Source: Octopus sinensis
Taxonomy: Eukaryota
Length of the DNA: 64,000 nucleotides
Direction: 5' to 3'
NCBI RefSeq assembly: GCF_006345805.1
Contig: NC_043018.1
Span: forward strand, 8,122,001 to 8,186,000
A program made the position numbers and the translations under genes. Positions 36,261 to 50,774 of this stretch are shown piece by piece. How positions within the stretch are numbered: position 1 is the stretch's first letter; each line of letters begins with the position of its first letter. The notes beneath the pieces are model-generated. The model was given only the letters and a program-made list of their open reading frames with translations, was not told the DNA's origin and did not search any database.

Positions 36261-36877
36261 CCAAACAAACAAACAAAGCCGCCTTCAACTTCCAACTTGT
36301 AATCTGCCACACAACAGATTAAGTAGGTGCAAGGGATTAACAGCCACAGATTAATCCCTAATCTCCTTACAGCAGATTCTCAATGAATTGATAAATCATA
36401 AATAAGAAACAAACCAAGGAATCACATGACTTGTTAAGCCAACAGAATCAATATCAGCTTTCTGCGGCAAAAATTCATTGATATTTTGAGAGTTTACAGA
36501 GGAAAATGATTTTTCTCGTCTCTTTTTACTGTTACTGAATTACCATTCTATTCGGGTGAGTAAGATTGCATTTTCCTCCTTTTTTTAACTCATATATTCT
36601 ATCTTTCATCATTTACTTGTTTCAATCATTGAACTGCAGTCATGGTGGGGCACGGCCCCCCTTGAAGGGTTTTACTCAAACAAATTCAACCCCAGTGAGT
36701 CCCTTTTTTTATTTTATATCTGGTTCTTCAGTGGGGTTTTTTTTTAAAGCCTTGTCCTTATTCTATCAGTCTCTTTTGCCAAACTGCTAGGTTACAGGGA
36801 TTTGTGTCTGTAAGGTACTGACATAAAAACACACACACACACACACAGACACACACACACACAGACACACACACACA

Positions 36878-36920
<43 letters not shown>

Positions 36921-38169
36921 ATTGATATCACCTCTACTGCATTCCCCTCCACTCTCTCTGGTACCTACCTGCATACAATTATGTCCCCCCCTCAGTTGAA
37001 TCTCTGCCCCCACAATATATCCCCCCTCCTAATACCCACTCCCCCTACCTGTGCCCACTCATTACATTCCACCCTCCCATCTCTCACTCTCCAGTCACAA
37101 TCTCATGAACTCACCACCCCCATTGATGCTCTCTAATCCCTAGTCCACTCTTCACTCTATACATCTCCTTGTAACTTGGTCTATGGTCCTTGCTCTTCTC
37201 TCTATCACATCCTTATTATCTCCCTCTCCCCTGTCTCTCCCCTGTCTCTCCCCCTCTCACCACCTGAGGTACCCATGTTTCTCCTCTTATACAAGACACC
37301 TTTTCTGTCCCTTAATACTTCTCCCCCTAATGGTTTAACTGAGAAACCCCTTGGCAGCATTTCAATATATAACTGGCATCACACCAACATACCCCTCTTA
37401 CAGCACATCTAGATACCCTGCCTTACAAGCTCATCAAGATACCCCTTGCAGCAAACCCAGATATCCCTGCCAGCACCCCTAGAAACCCTGTGCAGCACAC
37501 ATAAAAACTCTGGCCCTCCTTGCACACATATCAGTGTGCTATGGTACACCACTCAACAAATATTGTTTTAAGTAATAATGATGTATTTTAATTCTACTTT
37601 GGTCTAAGGCAGGCATCAGGCAGAATCATTAATTCCCAAGACTAAATGCTTAGCAGCACTTCTTTCAGATTTACATTCTGAGTTCTACCAAGATCAACTT
37701 AGCCTTTCCTCCTTTAGGCTTTGGTAAAATAAGAACCAACCGAACGCAGAGGTTGATAGAAACAACTAACCCTCTCCATTAAAACTGCTGGCTTTGGGCC
37801 AAAATTTGAAACTATGATTATTATCAGTATTATTATCATTATTATTATCATTGTTATGGCTTTGTGCCAAAATTTGAAACCATTCAAGTTGAGAGAATCG
37901 TTAGCATGCTGGGCAAAACGCTTAGCATTATTTCATTCGTTGTTACATTCTGAGTTCAAATTCTGCTAAGGTCAACTCTGCCTTTCCTCATTTTGGGGTC
38001 AATAAAATAAGTACCAGTCATGTACTAGAGTCTATGTAATCAACTTATTCCTCCCCCAAAATTGCAGGCCTTGTGCTAAAATTTGAAACCACCATCATCA
38101 TCATTATCATTATATGTTTGACTTTGGCTTTGTATTATTATTATTATTATTATTGTTGTTATTATTATT

Positions 38170-38759
38170 AAGGCAGCGAGCTGGCAGAAACGTTAGCACA
38201 CAGGGCGAAATGCTAAACTGTATTTTGTCTGCCGTTACGTTCTGAGTTCAAATTCCGCCAAGGTCGACTTTGCCTTTCATTCTTTCAGGGTCGATAAATT
38301 AAGTACCAGTTATGCACTGGGGTCGATGTAATCGACTTAATCCGTTTGTCTGTCCTTGTTTGTCCCCTCTGTGTTTAGCCCCTTGTGGGTAGTAAAGAAA
38401 TAGCTATTTCGTCTGCCGTTACGTTCTGAGTTCAAATTCCACCGAAGTCGACTTTGCCTTTCATCCTTTTGGGGTCGATAAATTAAGTACCAGTTACGCA
38501 CTGGGGTCAATGTCCTTGTTTGTCCCCTCTATGTTTAGCCCCTTGTGGGCAATAAAGAAATAAGAATCTTTAGCACACTGGGCAAAATGCTTCACAGCAT
38601 TTTGTCTGTCTTTACATTCTGAGTTCAAATTCCACTGAGGTCAATTTGCCTTTCATCCTTTCAGGGTCAATTAGATAAGTACCAGTTACGCACTGGAGTC
38701 AATGTAATCAACTTAATCCTTTCCCCAAAATTTGAGGCCTTGTGCTTTCAGTAGAAAGG

Positions 38760-38828
<69 letters not shown>

Positions 38829-39060
38829 AGGCAGCGAGCTAGCAGAAACATTAGCATGCCGGGTGAAATGCGTAGCAGTATTTCGTCTGCCGTTACGTTC
38901 TGAGTTGAAATTCCGCTGAGGTGACTTTGCCTTTCATCCTTTCGGGGTCGATAAATTAAGTACCAGTTACGCATTGGGGTCGATATAATCAACTTAATCC
39001 ATTTGTCTGTCCTTGTTTGTCCTCTCTGTGTTTAGCCCCTTGTGGGCAGTAAAGAAACAA
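38170..39060 (+). mobile_element. Cluster of family B SINEs (same family as the 170-bp array), including a dimeric copy at about 38170-38565
   Basis: ggcagcgagctggcagaaacgttagc...gagttcaaattcc...cctttcggggtcgataaattaagtaccag...gtgggtagtaaagaaata. The internal restart at 38400 reads gaaatagctatttcgtc. Confidence 0.8.
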
Positions 39061-39096
39061 TTATTATTATTATTTTATTATTATTATTATTATTAT

Positions 39097-39910
39097 TGTG
39101 GTGTGCAAGAGAGACATTTGCGCTGGTATGGACATGTGGCGAGAATGGATGAAGATAGTTGTGTGAAAAAGTGCCACACCCTAGCGGTTGAGGGAACCTG
39201 TAGAAGAGGCAGACCCAGGAAAACCTGGGACGAGGTGGTGAAGCACGACCTTCGAACTTTAGGTCTCACTGAGGAAATGACTAGAGACCGAAACCTCTGG
39301 AAGTATGCTCTGCGTGAGAAGACCCGGCAGGACAAGTGAGACCATAACCCATGGCCTCTACCTGGGATGTAGCCAGTCCACTTATGCATACCTTTCCTTC
39401 TTGGGACACAAAACTCAACTTGTGAAGACCTGTTGAGGCAAGTGAGAATCAGAATCAGAATCGAAATCGATCAATGGAAATTGCAGCTGAGTTACCAGTG
39501 CCGATGGCACGTAAGAGAACCATCCGAACGTGGCTGTTGCCAGCGCCGTCCCGACTGGCCTCGTGCCGGTGGCACGTAAAAAGCACCATCCGTTCGTGGC
39601 TATTGCCAGCACCGCCCGGCTGGCCTCGTCCCGGTGGCACGTAAAAAGCACCATCCGTTCGTGGCCATTGCCAGCCTCGCCTGGCCCCCGTGCCAGTGGC
39701 ACATAAAAAGCACCATCCGATTGTGGCCGCTTGCCAGCCTTGTCTGGCACGTAAAAAGCACCCACTACACTCATGGAGTGGTTGGCGTTAGGAAGGGCAT
39801 CCAGCCGTAGAAACACTGCCAGATCAGACTGGGCCTGGTGCAGCTTTCTGACTTCTCAGACCCCAGTTGAACCATCCAACCCATGCTAGCATTGAAAGCA
39901 GACGCTAAAG
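39097..39910 (+). mobile_element. RTE LINE 3' fragment with 3' UTR; related fragments at 46240-46645 (+), 47836-48915 (-), 63105-64000 (+)
   Basis: LRWYGHVARMDEDS...GRPRKTWDEVV is the RTE ORF C-terminal signature. Confidence 0.8.
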
Positions 39911-40258
39911 GATGATGATGCTGATGATGATGATGATGATTATTATTATTATTATATTCATTATCATCTTCTTTCAATTATGTTTCCATTTCTTGCTGAG
40001 TGTCTTCCTGACACCTAGGGCAGAGAAATGCACTGTAATTTTTGGTAGGCCATTAAAATAAATACACCAGATCGTTCATTTACGAAGTCATGTGAAAGAG
40101 AAAAAGGGGAAGAAAGACAGAGAGAAAAAGGAAAAAATAATTAAGTAAATTGCTGCCCCAGCATGACCGCAGCTTTGAAACTGAAACAATTTAAAGATTT
40201 TTAAAAAATAAAGGGGAAAAGTGAAAGAGAATTCACAGTATATGTGACGTACCGGCTA

Positions 40259-40315
<57 letters not shown>

Positions 40316-40870
40316 GAGTGAGAGAGCAGTGCATGCCATCAAAGTGACACTGGGGTAAAATATATGAAGCCCAGTATACCCATCATGACTACCCGTCTGA
40401 TAAGAGTACACCAGGCACATGCATCACAACCATATGTGTGCGACATGGTGATCTCATATGAAGATAAACAGCACATGACCTTGCAGGTGGACCCAGTTAG
40501 AATTTTCTTCTGGTCGAGTAACCCATCCCACTCAAAAGGTCCCTGAATAAGGGTTGTTTAAGGATGTTGAACGAAACACCCAGGTTTCCAAAGGTGAATT
40601 ATTCAAACCCCAAATAATTCCTCTCAACACATGGCTATGATGCTCCCTCACTACTTCTGCTCGTGATCAGAGATGCACATATAGTCAGCCACTAAGGGAC
40701 ATGCTCAACTGGTTAAGATCAAACAACTGACAAGCAAATCTGTGGTATTGAGCAGAATATTTGCTGTAGCCCATCTTTTATACCAAGACAAAACAATGTA
40801 CATGATAACACTTCCAAACAGTTAAGATCAGAAACCACAAGAGCCACTACCTGGTACTGCATCAGGGCAT
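40316..40870. mobile_element. 555-bp non-coding interspersed element in (ATT)n, copy 1
   Basis: Aligns end to end with 43117-43671; both are bounded by ATT-type repeats. Confidence 0.75.
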
Positions 40871-41109
40871 ATTATTGTTGTTGTTGTTATTAATAGGTGG
40901 TGAGCTGGCAGTATCGTTAGCATGCTGGGTGAAATGCTTAGTGGTATTTCGCCCATCGCTATGTTCTGAGTTCAAAATTTCTCCAAGGTCGACTTTACCT
41001 TTCATCCTTTCAGGGTCAATAAAATAAGTACCAGTTGAACACTGGGGTCGATGTAATCAACTCATCCCCTCCTGCAAAATTGATGCCCTTGTGGCAAAAT
41101 TTAAAACCC

Positions 41110-43007
41110 ATACCTTCTTCAACTTTCTAACACCCTCCTTGCTGTTCCTAACAAGGCTGGTTTTTGCAACAGCCCTGTTCTGGTAGTAATACCTTACTTC
41201 TCAAGCCATGCATCCAACCTTTTACTAACTGCCCCCAGGGTGCCAACCACAATCGGTACCACTTCTAAGCGCCTGATTCTTCATTGTTTCCTGATTTCCC
41301 TCTTCAGCTCCTAACATTTATCTACATTCTCACTTTCCTTCTCATTCATCCTGTGGTCCCATGGTGAAGTAATATCCACAATAATTGCTTTGTTCTTCCT
41401 CATTTCTACAACAACAATGTCCGGTTTCCAAGCCACAATAAAGTGGCCACCCTGGATGGTCATGTCCCACAAGATCTCATATTGTTTGTTTTCAGCAGCC
41501 CTTTCTGGTTGGCGCTCATAACATTTCTCACTTCTGCTCATGTCATACTTATGACAGATCTTTCCACTGAACCAATCTGGCAATGTTGTTGTGCCTTCTC
41601 TTGTACTCTTTCTGAGCCATACTGTTTCACTCCTCTCACCACACATTCTGCATTTGTCACAGTTGGTAGTGTTGTCAATTCTGCACTTTACATAGTTAGT
41701 CCTTAATGCTTGTTCTTAAGCTGCACATATAAGTTTTTCTGTCTCTCTCTTCAGGTCACTCCTCCTCATCCACAGCCACCAGTCTTCTGTATCTGTGTTG
41801 GTGTTTGTATCTCTTGTAAACTGATGGTACACTTTTTTCTCCTTCCGTGCTGTTTCTTTTTCATGTTCTTTTCCTCTTTGAGTTTTTCTTTCTTTACACA
41901 ATTATCAGTTTTGATGATGTTGACCTTCTTCACATATTTCAACAATGGTCCCATGGTATTTTTTACATACTACCCTAAACGGCTTTCATTTACGTTGATA
42001 CAATCCTGACAATTGATCAAACCTCTCCCACCCTTCCTTCTGGACAAATACAGCCAATTAATGTCACTCTTTGGGTGGAAGGTCCCGTGCACTGTCAACA
42101 TTTTTATTGTCTTCATATTCATGTTCATCAGTTCTTTCTTTTGCCATTTTATGATTCCAGCTCTATATTTAAGTGATGTTATTGCCCATGTATTAACTGT
42201 TTGGATTGTAATTCCATCCGGTCAATTTTGAGCACAATACCAGAAATATTCCATTCAAAGTTGTTCTTTCATTTCCTTTCCCATTATCTCATTGAATTCT
42301 AGAATGCCAACGTATTTGTAGCCTTCCATTTCAATTTACTTAATCAGTTCTCTATTAGGTAATTCTGTCCCTGCCAGGGACTGTACCAGAAATATTCCAT
42401 TCAAAGTTGTTCTTTCATTTCCTTTCCCATTATCTCATTGAATTCTAGAATGCCAAGACATTTGTAGCCTTCCATTTCAATTTTCTTAATCGGTTCTCTA
42501 TTAGGTAATTCTGTCTCTGCTAGGGACTGGACATTGCCTTTTTTTAGATACATTATTCCTCACTTCTTGAGTTTGAATTCCATTTTAATATCAGCACCAA
42601 AACAACAGACCATGTCCACCAAGGAACTCACTTGCACCTCATCCTTGTCACACAGCATCCATGAAGAGAAAATGGTTGATTGTTTGAGATTTTCCCTTTT
42701 GCTGATATCCTGGGTTCATTTTCCCAAGTACCAAGGTCAGAGGGATCATGCAGAGTACAAAAAGCAATGGAGAGCTATGGCAAAAGAGGTTGTCTGATGG
42801 TTGAGGTTGAAAGGCACCAGAACGAATACGCTCCTCTTTGGTAAAGGCCTCATCAACATTTTCATGTTTCATTTGAAAAGAAAAGTGAGGATGCCTTTCA
42901 ACCTCAACCATCAGACAACCTCTTTTGCTGTCCTTGAAAGAATTTATTGAAAGGTGGATCAAAGTTGTGAAAATGGCAAGAGTAGATGGTGCCGTTCCAA
43001 GAGTTCC

Positions 43008-43010
<3 letters not shown>
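41110..43010 (-). mobile_element. Degenerate RLE-type (R4/Dong-like) non-LTR retrotransposon fragment
   Basis: Minus frames YEILWDMTIQ...KPDIVVV...IIVDITSPWD and LQKPALLGTAR, typical of the restriction-like endonuclease C-terminus. Confidence 0.75.
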
Positions 43011-43047
<37 letters not shown>

Positions 43048-43057
43048 ATTATTATTA

Positions 43058-43094
<37 letters not shown>

Positions 43095-43116
43095 CATTAT
43101 TATTATTATTATTATT

Positions 43117-43670
43117 GAGTGTGAGAGCAGTGCATGCCATCAAAGTGACACTGGGGTAAAATATATGAAGCCCAGTATACCCATCATGACTACTCGTCTG
43201 ATAAGGGTACACCAGGCACATGCATCACAGCCATATGTGTGTGACATTGTGATCTCATATCAAGATAAACAGTGCATGACCTTGCAGGTGGAGCCCAGTT
43301 AGAATTTTCTTCTGGTCAAGTAACCCATACCGCTCAAAAGGTCCCTGAATAAGGATTGTTTAAGGATGTTGAACAAACCACCTACATTTCCAAAGGTGAA
43401 TTATCCAAACCTCTAAGAATTCCTTTCAACACATGGCTATGATGCTCCCCAACTACTTCTGCTTGTGATCAGAGATGCACATATCGTCAGCCACTAACGG
43501 ACATGGTCAACTGGTAAAGGTCAAACAACTGACAAGCAAATCTGTGGTATTGAGCAGAATATTTGCTGTAGCCCATCTTTTATATCAAAACAAATCATGT
43601 ACATGATAACACTTCCAATCAGTTAAGATCAGAAGCCACGAGAGCCACTGCCTGGTACTGCATCAGGGCA

Positions 43671-43671
<1 letters not shown>
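43117..43671. mobile_element. 555-bp non-coding interspersed element in (ATT)n, copy 2
   Basis: Same ends and length as 40316-40870. Confidence 0.75.
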
Positions 43672-43730
<59 letters not shown>

Positions 43731-43788
43731 CATCATCATCATCATTATTATTATTATTACAGAATCTTGCCCTTGGGATGAAAAGCTG

Positions 43789-43987
43789 ATGGCCAAAAGT
43801 AACAAACTTCCTGGTTACTTAGGATGGCCCATTATAGGAGACAAGACTCATGATTTCTTGAAGAATCCAGTCAAGTTTTTTGAGAAGTATTCCGAAGTTT
43901 ATAAATCAGCCATATTCCTCACACGACTTTTTAACAAACCAACCATAATTGTTGGATCCTATGAAGGAGTAAAACAGGTTCTTTGTG
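43789..43987 (+). CDS. Cytochrome P450 (CYP26-clan-like, divergent), first visible coding exon
   Basis: MAKSNKLPGYLGWPIIGDK...LTRLFNKPTIIVGS...VKQVLC resembles the proline-rich N-terminal region of CYP26/CYP120-like P450s. Acceptor ttacag ends at 43762; GTGAGT donor at 43988. Confidence 0.88.
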
Positions 43988-44019
43988 GTGAGTTTGATTT
44001 TTATCTTTTCTTTCATCAC

Positions 44020-44041
44020 TGTAGTAGTAGTAGCAGTAGTC

Positions 44042-44106
<65 letters not shown>

Positions 44107-44116
44107 CGTAACAGTC

Positions 44117-44170
<54 letters not shown>

Positions 44171-44346
44171 ATAGTAGTAGTAGTAGTTGTAGTAGTCGTC
44201 GTCATAGTAGTAGTAGTCGCAGTAGTAGTAGTAGTCGCAGTAGTAGTAGTAGTCGCAGTAGTAGTAGTAGTCGCAGTAGTAGTAGTAGTCGCAGTAGTAG
44301 TAGTAGTCGCAGTAGTAGTAGTAGTCGCAGTAGTAGTAGTAGTAGT
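44020..44346. repeat. (AGT)n/(AGC)n microsatellite just inside the P450 intron
   Basis: Read directly from the sequence. Confidence 0.95.
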
Positions 44347-45353
44347 TGGTGTTGTTGTTTTTACTGTTGTTTTGATAGTATTGTTATTGTTTTTATTTCT
44401 GTTTTTCTTACATTTCTTTTTTGTAGTTATTGACATTATTACTTATGTGTGTATGTGTGTTTGTTTGAGTGTGTGTCTGTTCTCACGTCAGTAGCAGTTG
44501 CTATTGTTTTTCATGATGGTGATGATGATGAAAGATGATAATTAATGATGATCAAAAAAATATAAAATGGAAAAAAAATATGACAAAACAATGATAGACA
44601 TCAACTCTAACATAAGCACATCATCATCACAACAATCACCATCACCATCATCATCATCACCATCACCATCACCATCACCACCACCACCACCACCACCACC
44701 ACCACCATCACCAGTACCACCATCATCATCACCACCAACCCATCAGTGTTTTACATCTGCTTTTTCATGTTGGCATGGGTTGGACAGTTTTTTTGTGATG
44801 TAACATCAGAAATTTTTCGCATGAGAGAACTGTTAGTTGCATCAATTCAAGTGCTTCACTGGGATTCTGTTTTATCAGCTTTGGAAGGATTAATGGTAAA
44901 GTTGACCTTTTCAGTATTTGACCTCAGAAAGCACCCAACTGTAAATAAACACAGCAAAGCAGTCTGTATCCACAGGAACCTAGATATTTTGGGGGAGGAC
45001 ACTTGTCAAGTACTTATTGAATGTACTTGCCAAGTACTTATTTTATTAAAAGCTGAAGAATGAAACACAAAGTCAACATTGGCAGGATTAGAACTAAGAA
45101 TGCAAAATCTCTAATACCACAAGGTACTATTTTTATACTCTTACTCTTTTACTTGTTTCAGTCATTTGACTGTGGCCATGCCGGAGCACCACCTTTAGTC
45201 GAGCAAATCGAACCCGGGACTTATTCTTTGTAAGCCCAGTACTTATTCTATCGGTCTCTTTTGCCGAACCGCTAAGTGACGGCGACGTAAACACATCAAC
45301 ATCGGTTGTCAAGCAATGCTAGAGGGACAAACACAGACACACAAACACACACA

Positions 45354-45407
<54 letters not shown>

Positions 45408-46918
45408 TATGACGGGCTTCTTTCAGTTTCCGTCTACCAAATCCACTCACAAGGCTTTGGTTGGCCCGAGGCTATAGTAGAAGACACTTGCCCAAGATGC
45501 CACGCAGTGGGACTGAACCCGGAGCCATGTGGTTGGTAAGCAAGCTACTTACCACACAGCCACTCCTGTGCCTATATGTTCATATGATTCTGTTAATCCC
45601 TGATTCTGTGAATTCCTTACCCTATCTATTATATAAAATCCATTCTGTCTGTCTGTGTGTGTGTTGTCTAGGATCTCGGGCATCGTCCATCCGATTGTGC
45701 TCAGATTTGATATGTAGATACCGACGGTATCAGGGCATGTATAAGTCTTGAAAAAAATTACAAAAATCGATTCCAGGTGAGAATGCGATTGATAAAGCCA
45801 TGGGAATGTGCATTTTGGACTACGCTCCAGACGGAGTAACAAGGAATGTGGTTTACAAGGCTGCACTTCACTAGTTTTTCCATGCTCTTGAACATCCCAT
45901 AAAGTAAGTTAGCTTAAAATTAGTTACTTAGTTCCCTAGGTTGTTGCTTTTCATCAAAAATTGCCCCAAGTTGATTTCCTACATGTTTTATCGGATAAAC
46001 TTATTATTGTCCCAGGTAAATCCCAGGTAAGTCGATAACATTGCTCCCTGTGTTCAACTGGTAATTATTTTATCAACCCTGAAAGGATGAAAGGCAAAGT
46101 CGACCTGAGCGGAATTTGAACTCAGAACCTAAAGATGAACGAAATGCCACTAAGCATTCTGTCCAGTATGCTAATGGTTCTGCCAGTTTGCGGCATTGAC
46201 AGTAATAATCCTTTCTACTGTAGGCACGAGGGGAAATGGCAGTTTTGAGAAGGACCGAGAGAGAGCAATGGTGAGAGCAATGTGTGGTGTGAAACTATTG
46301 GATAAGAAGAAAGGCTGAGGACTTGATTGGGATGCTGGGGTTGGAGGAATAGGTGGAACAAGTGGCAAGGGCGAGTGGAGTGCAGTGGTATGGACATGTG
46401 TTGAGGAGGGATGAAGATCATGTTCTGAGGAGAGTGCTTGAGTTTAAAGTGAATGAACCGCGAAAGCGAGGTCAACCAAAGGAAACATGGAGGGGTCAGG
46501 TGGAGGAGGAAATTGGGAGGGTTGGCTTGAGGAGAGAGGACACCCAAAACCGGGTGAGATGGCGAGATGGTGTGAGAGTGGTTGCTGTAAGAGTGAGGTA
46601 GATCTGGCCACCCCCGTTAACAGGGATAAAGCCGGATATAAAATACTGGACATCAATCAACTATAGGCACAAGGCCTGCAATTTGGTCGGGGGGGGGGAG
46701 ATAGCCAATTACATCAATCCCAGTGATGAACTGGTCCAAATTTTATTGACCCCAAAAGAGCAAAGTTAAACCTCAGTGGACTTAACTCAGAGCATAAAAA
46801 TGGATGAAATGTTGCTAAGAATTTTACCTGACAGGTTAACGATTCTGCCAGCTCACCGCTTTTTGGTTGATCAACATATTGTTTCCAATAACTTACTAAA
46901 ATATTCCCTATTTTTCAG

Positions 46919-46996
46919 ACCGTACCGAAGAGTTAAGTCATGGCTATAAATTGTTCCTGAGTGATTTGTATGGAGAAAATATATTCGTTGCAAATG
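46919..46996 (+). CDS. P450 exon (78 nt)
   Basis: tttttcag/GTAAGT boundaries. Encodes DRTEELSHGYKLFLSDLYGENIFVAN; phase 1-1 keeps the frame. Confidence 0.85.
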
Positions 46997-47122
46997 GTAA
47001 GTATGATAATCAGATCTCGTTTAATCTAATAATTAGTCAGCATTACAGAATACTGACCACTGGGGGGAGCTCGTTTCACTGTCCAGTTCCAGCCAGTTCA
47101 TTTCAGTAATGTCCATGAATCT

Positions 47123-47154
<32 letters not shown>

Positions 47155-47743
47155 TCATGTACATGCTCACATACACACACACTCACACACACATTCACAC
47201 ACACCACATACACAAATACACACACACACACACATGTATAAATATATATATATATAAAATAGATAGATAGATAGATATAGATATATATATACGTATATAT
47301 ATGTCCTGTTTTCCATTTTTTCTCTCGTTGTTTGTATAACTCATTTGTTTTCGTATTTCATGTTGTTTGCTGTTGGTGATGTCCTGTACCCATATATGAG
47401 CATATATATATATATATATATACACATACACACATATATTATTTATATTATTATAGATATGTATGTATATGTGTGTGTGTATATATGTATAGATATAAGT
47501 AAGCAATTAATGCAAAACAAGCTGGAAAAAATAATACTTGAAAGTATTTTACTATTTTATTAAGGCTGAAAAACTCTCCACAAACTGCTACTCAGAGTTT
47601 CACATGACCATTCATCAGGCAGTTGTGATAATACTCTATCATCACAACAGTCCAATGAACAGTCATGTGAAACTATGAGTAGCAGTTTGCGAAGCTTTAT
47701 TTCAGCTTTAATAAAGTAGTATATATATACATACATACATAGA

Positions 47744-47810
<67 letters not shown>

Positions 47811-48996
47811 GTGTATAAATATATATATCATCATCATCACGATTGTTTAACGTCCACTTTCCATGCTGACATAGGTTAGATGGTTTGACTGAGGACTAGT
47901 GAACCAGATGGCTGCATCAGGCTCCAATCTTCATCTGGCAGTGTTTCTACAGCTGGATGCCCTTCCTAATGCCAACCACTCCGAGAGTGTAGTGGGTGCA
48001 ATTACGTGCCACCGGCACGAGGGCCATCAGGCGGTACTGGCAACTGCCACACTCAAATGGTGTTTTTTACGTGCCACCTGCACAGAAGCCAGTCCAGCAG
48101 CACTGGCAACAACCTCACTTGAATGTTGTTTTTCACAAGCCACCTGCACAGGTGCTAGTAAGGCAACACTGGTAATGATTACATTTGAATGGTGCTTTTT
48201 ACATGCCACTGGCACAGGAGCCAGTCAGCGGCCCTGGCAATGATCACACTCTGATGGTGCTCTTAACTTTCCAGTAGCACAGATGCCAGTCAGGCGGTGC
48301 TGTCATTGGCCACGTCAGCGAATTTGATTTTGATTTCACTTGCTTCAACAGGTCTTCGCAAGCAGAGTTTAGTGTCCAATGAAGGAAAGGTACACATAAG
48401 TGGGCTGGTTACACCCCTGGCATAGGCCACGGGCTATGGTCTCACTTGGCTTGCTGGGTCTTCTCAGCATATTTCCAAAGTTCTCGCTCACTAGTCATTG
48501 CCTCAGTGAAGCCTAATGTTCGAAGGTCATGCTTCACTACCTCATTCCAGGTCTTTGTGGGTCTACCTCTTCCACAGGTTCCCTCAACCGCTAGGATGTG
48601 ACACTTTTTCACACAGCTATCCTCATCAATTCTCGCCACATGACCATACTAGCGCAGTCGTCTCTCTTGCACACCAAATCTGATGCTTCTTAGGTCCAGC
48701 TTTTCTCCCAAGGCACTTACACTCTGTTGTGTATGAACACTGACATTACACATCCAACGGAACATACTGGCTTCATTCCTTGCAAGCTTACAGATGTCCT
48801 CAGCAGTCACGGCCCATGTTTCACTGCCATGTAGCATGGCTGTTTGTACACATGCATCATACAGTCTTTTACTATGAGCGAGAGACCCTTTGTCACCAGC
48901 AGAGGTAGAAGCAGAGCTGATTCAGCACCAGACAGCCTGGCCAATCCAAGTGATATATATAGACATGCAAGCGTGCACACACACACACACACACAT

Positions 48997-49107
<111 letters not shown>

Positions 49108-49285
49108 GAAAAAGAGAGACCATGTGCATGTGTTTTGACACTGATTATGAATATCAACATTGAAGTTAAGAGAAAGGACCTCAGGGATGCCTTCTGCATG
49201 TTTAATACACTTCAAGCAAAATTTCGCATATCTCGAAGAGTGAATTTACTGTTGTGTGTTGTGTCTTCTTTCTGTCTTAATTTAG

Positions 49286-49370
49286 ATGACAAAGCTGAAG
49301 TCATTCACAAGTTCCTGGCTGACCAATTCTCCAAAGACAATCTTCATTCTTATGAGTTGATAATTGAAAG
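49286..49370 (+). CDS. P450 exon (85 nt)
   Basis: aatttag/GTAAAT boundaries. Encodes DDKAEVIHKFLADQFSKDNLHSYELIIER; phase 1-2. Confidence 0.82.
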
Positions 49371-49699
49371 GTAAATCAGATAAACTTGGCTTATGGTTAA
49401 TGATTAACAGTTAATGATTAACAGTTAATGATTGTAGTGCTGTAGTGTGTGTTTGGAGGGGTGAATGTATATGTGTGTATGACTGAGCATATGGATGTGA
49501 GTGCATATATATGTATGTGTGTATGCATGTTTGTGTTTGCAATAGTGCGTGGATGTGTATGCTCATGTTAGTGTGTTAGTGTGTGCTTATATGATTGTGG
49601 CAGGAGTGTGGGAATTAGAGTGTGTGTGTGTATGCTTAATTTTGAGTTTCTCTGTAACACATATTTCTGTATCCCTTTTTCTCAGTATCCTCCCAACCA

Positions 49700-49891
49700 T
49701 GTATGTATGTATGTATGTGTGTATGTATGTATGTATGTATGTATGTTTGTGTGTATGTATGTATGTATGTATGTATGTATGTATGTATGTTTGTGTGTAT
49801 GTATGTATGTATGTATGTATGTATGTATGCATGTATGTATGCATGTATGTATGTATGTATGTATGTATGTATGTGTATGTATGTATGCATG

Positions 49892-49922
<31 letters not shown>

Positions 49923-50595
49923 GTGTATGTATGTATGTATGTATGTATGTATGCATGTATGTATATATGTATGTATGTATGTGTGTATGTATGTATGTAT
50001 GTATGTATGTATGTATGTATGTATGTATGTGTGTATGTATGTATGCATGTATATATGTATGTATGTATGTATGTGTGTATGTATGCATGTATATATGTAT
50101 GTATGTATGTATGTATGTGTGTATGTATGTATGTATGTATGCATGTATGTATGTATATATGTATGTATGTATGTGTGTATGTATGTATATGTATGTATGT
50201 ATGTATGTATGTATGCATGTATGTATGCATGTATGTATGTATATATGTATGTATGTATGTATGTGTGTATGTATGTATGCATGTATATATGTATGTATGT
50301 ATGTATGTATGTGTGTATGTATGTATGTATGTATGTATGTATGCATGTATGTATGTATATATGTATGTATGTATGTGTGTATGTATGTATGTATGTATGT
50401 ATGTATGTATGTATGTATGTATGTATGTATGTATGTATGTATGTATGTATGCATGTATGTATGCATGTATATATGCATGTATGTATGTATATATGTATGT
50501 ATGTATGTATGTGTGTATGTATGTATGCATGTATGTATGTATGTATGTATGTATGTATGTATGTATGTATGTATGTGTGTGTGTATGTATGTATG

Positions 50596-50626
<31 letters not shown>

Positions 50627-50645
50627 GTATGTATGTGTGTATGCA
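49700..50645. repeat. (TATG)n tetranucleotide array
   Basis: Read directly from the sequence. Confidence 0.97.
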
Positions 50646-50738
50646 TGTACACGCACACACACACACACATAATTATATATATACACCCTTTACATACATA
50701 TTTATATATACATCTATTTTTTCCCATGTCACCAACAG

Positions 50739-50774
50739 AATTATTAATGAGGAAATGAGAAGTCTTGACAAAAC
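50739..50774 (+). CDS. P450 microexon (36 nt)
   Basis: caacag/GTAAGT boundaries. Encodes IINEEMRSLDKT; phase 2-2, links the flanking exons in frame. Confidence 0.75.

Noticed and set aside
36495-36565. Possible upstream P450 exon (tttacag ... attcgg|GTGAGT)
   Set aside because: Good splice-site look-alikes, but no open frame compatible with the P450 and no transcript evidence. At most a 5' UTR exon.
42238-42530. 146-bp tandem duplication
   Set aside because: An ordinary local duplication in a decayed LINE that breaks the frame.
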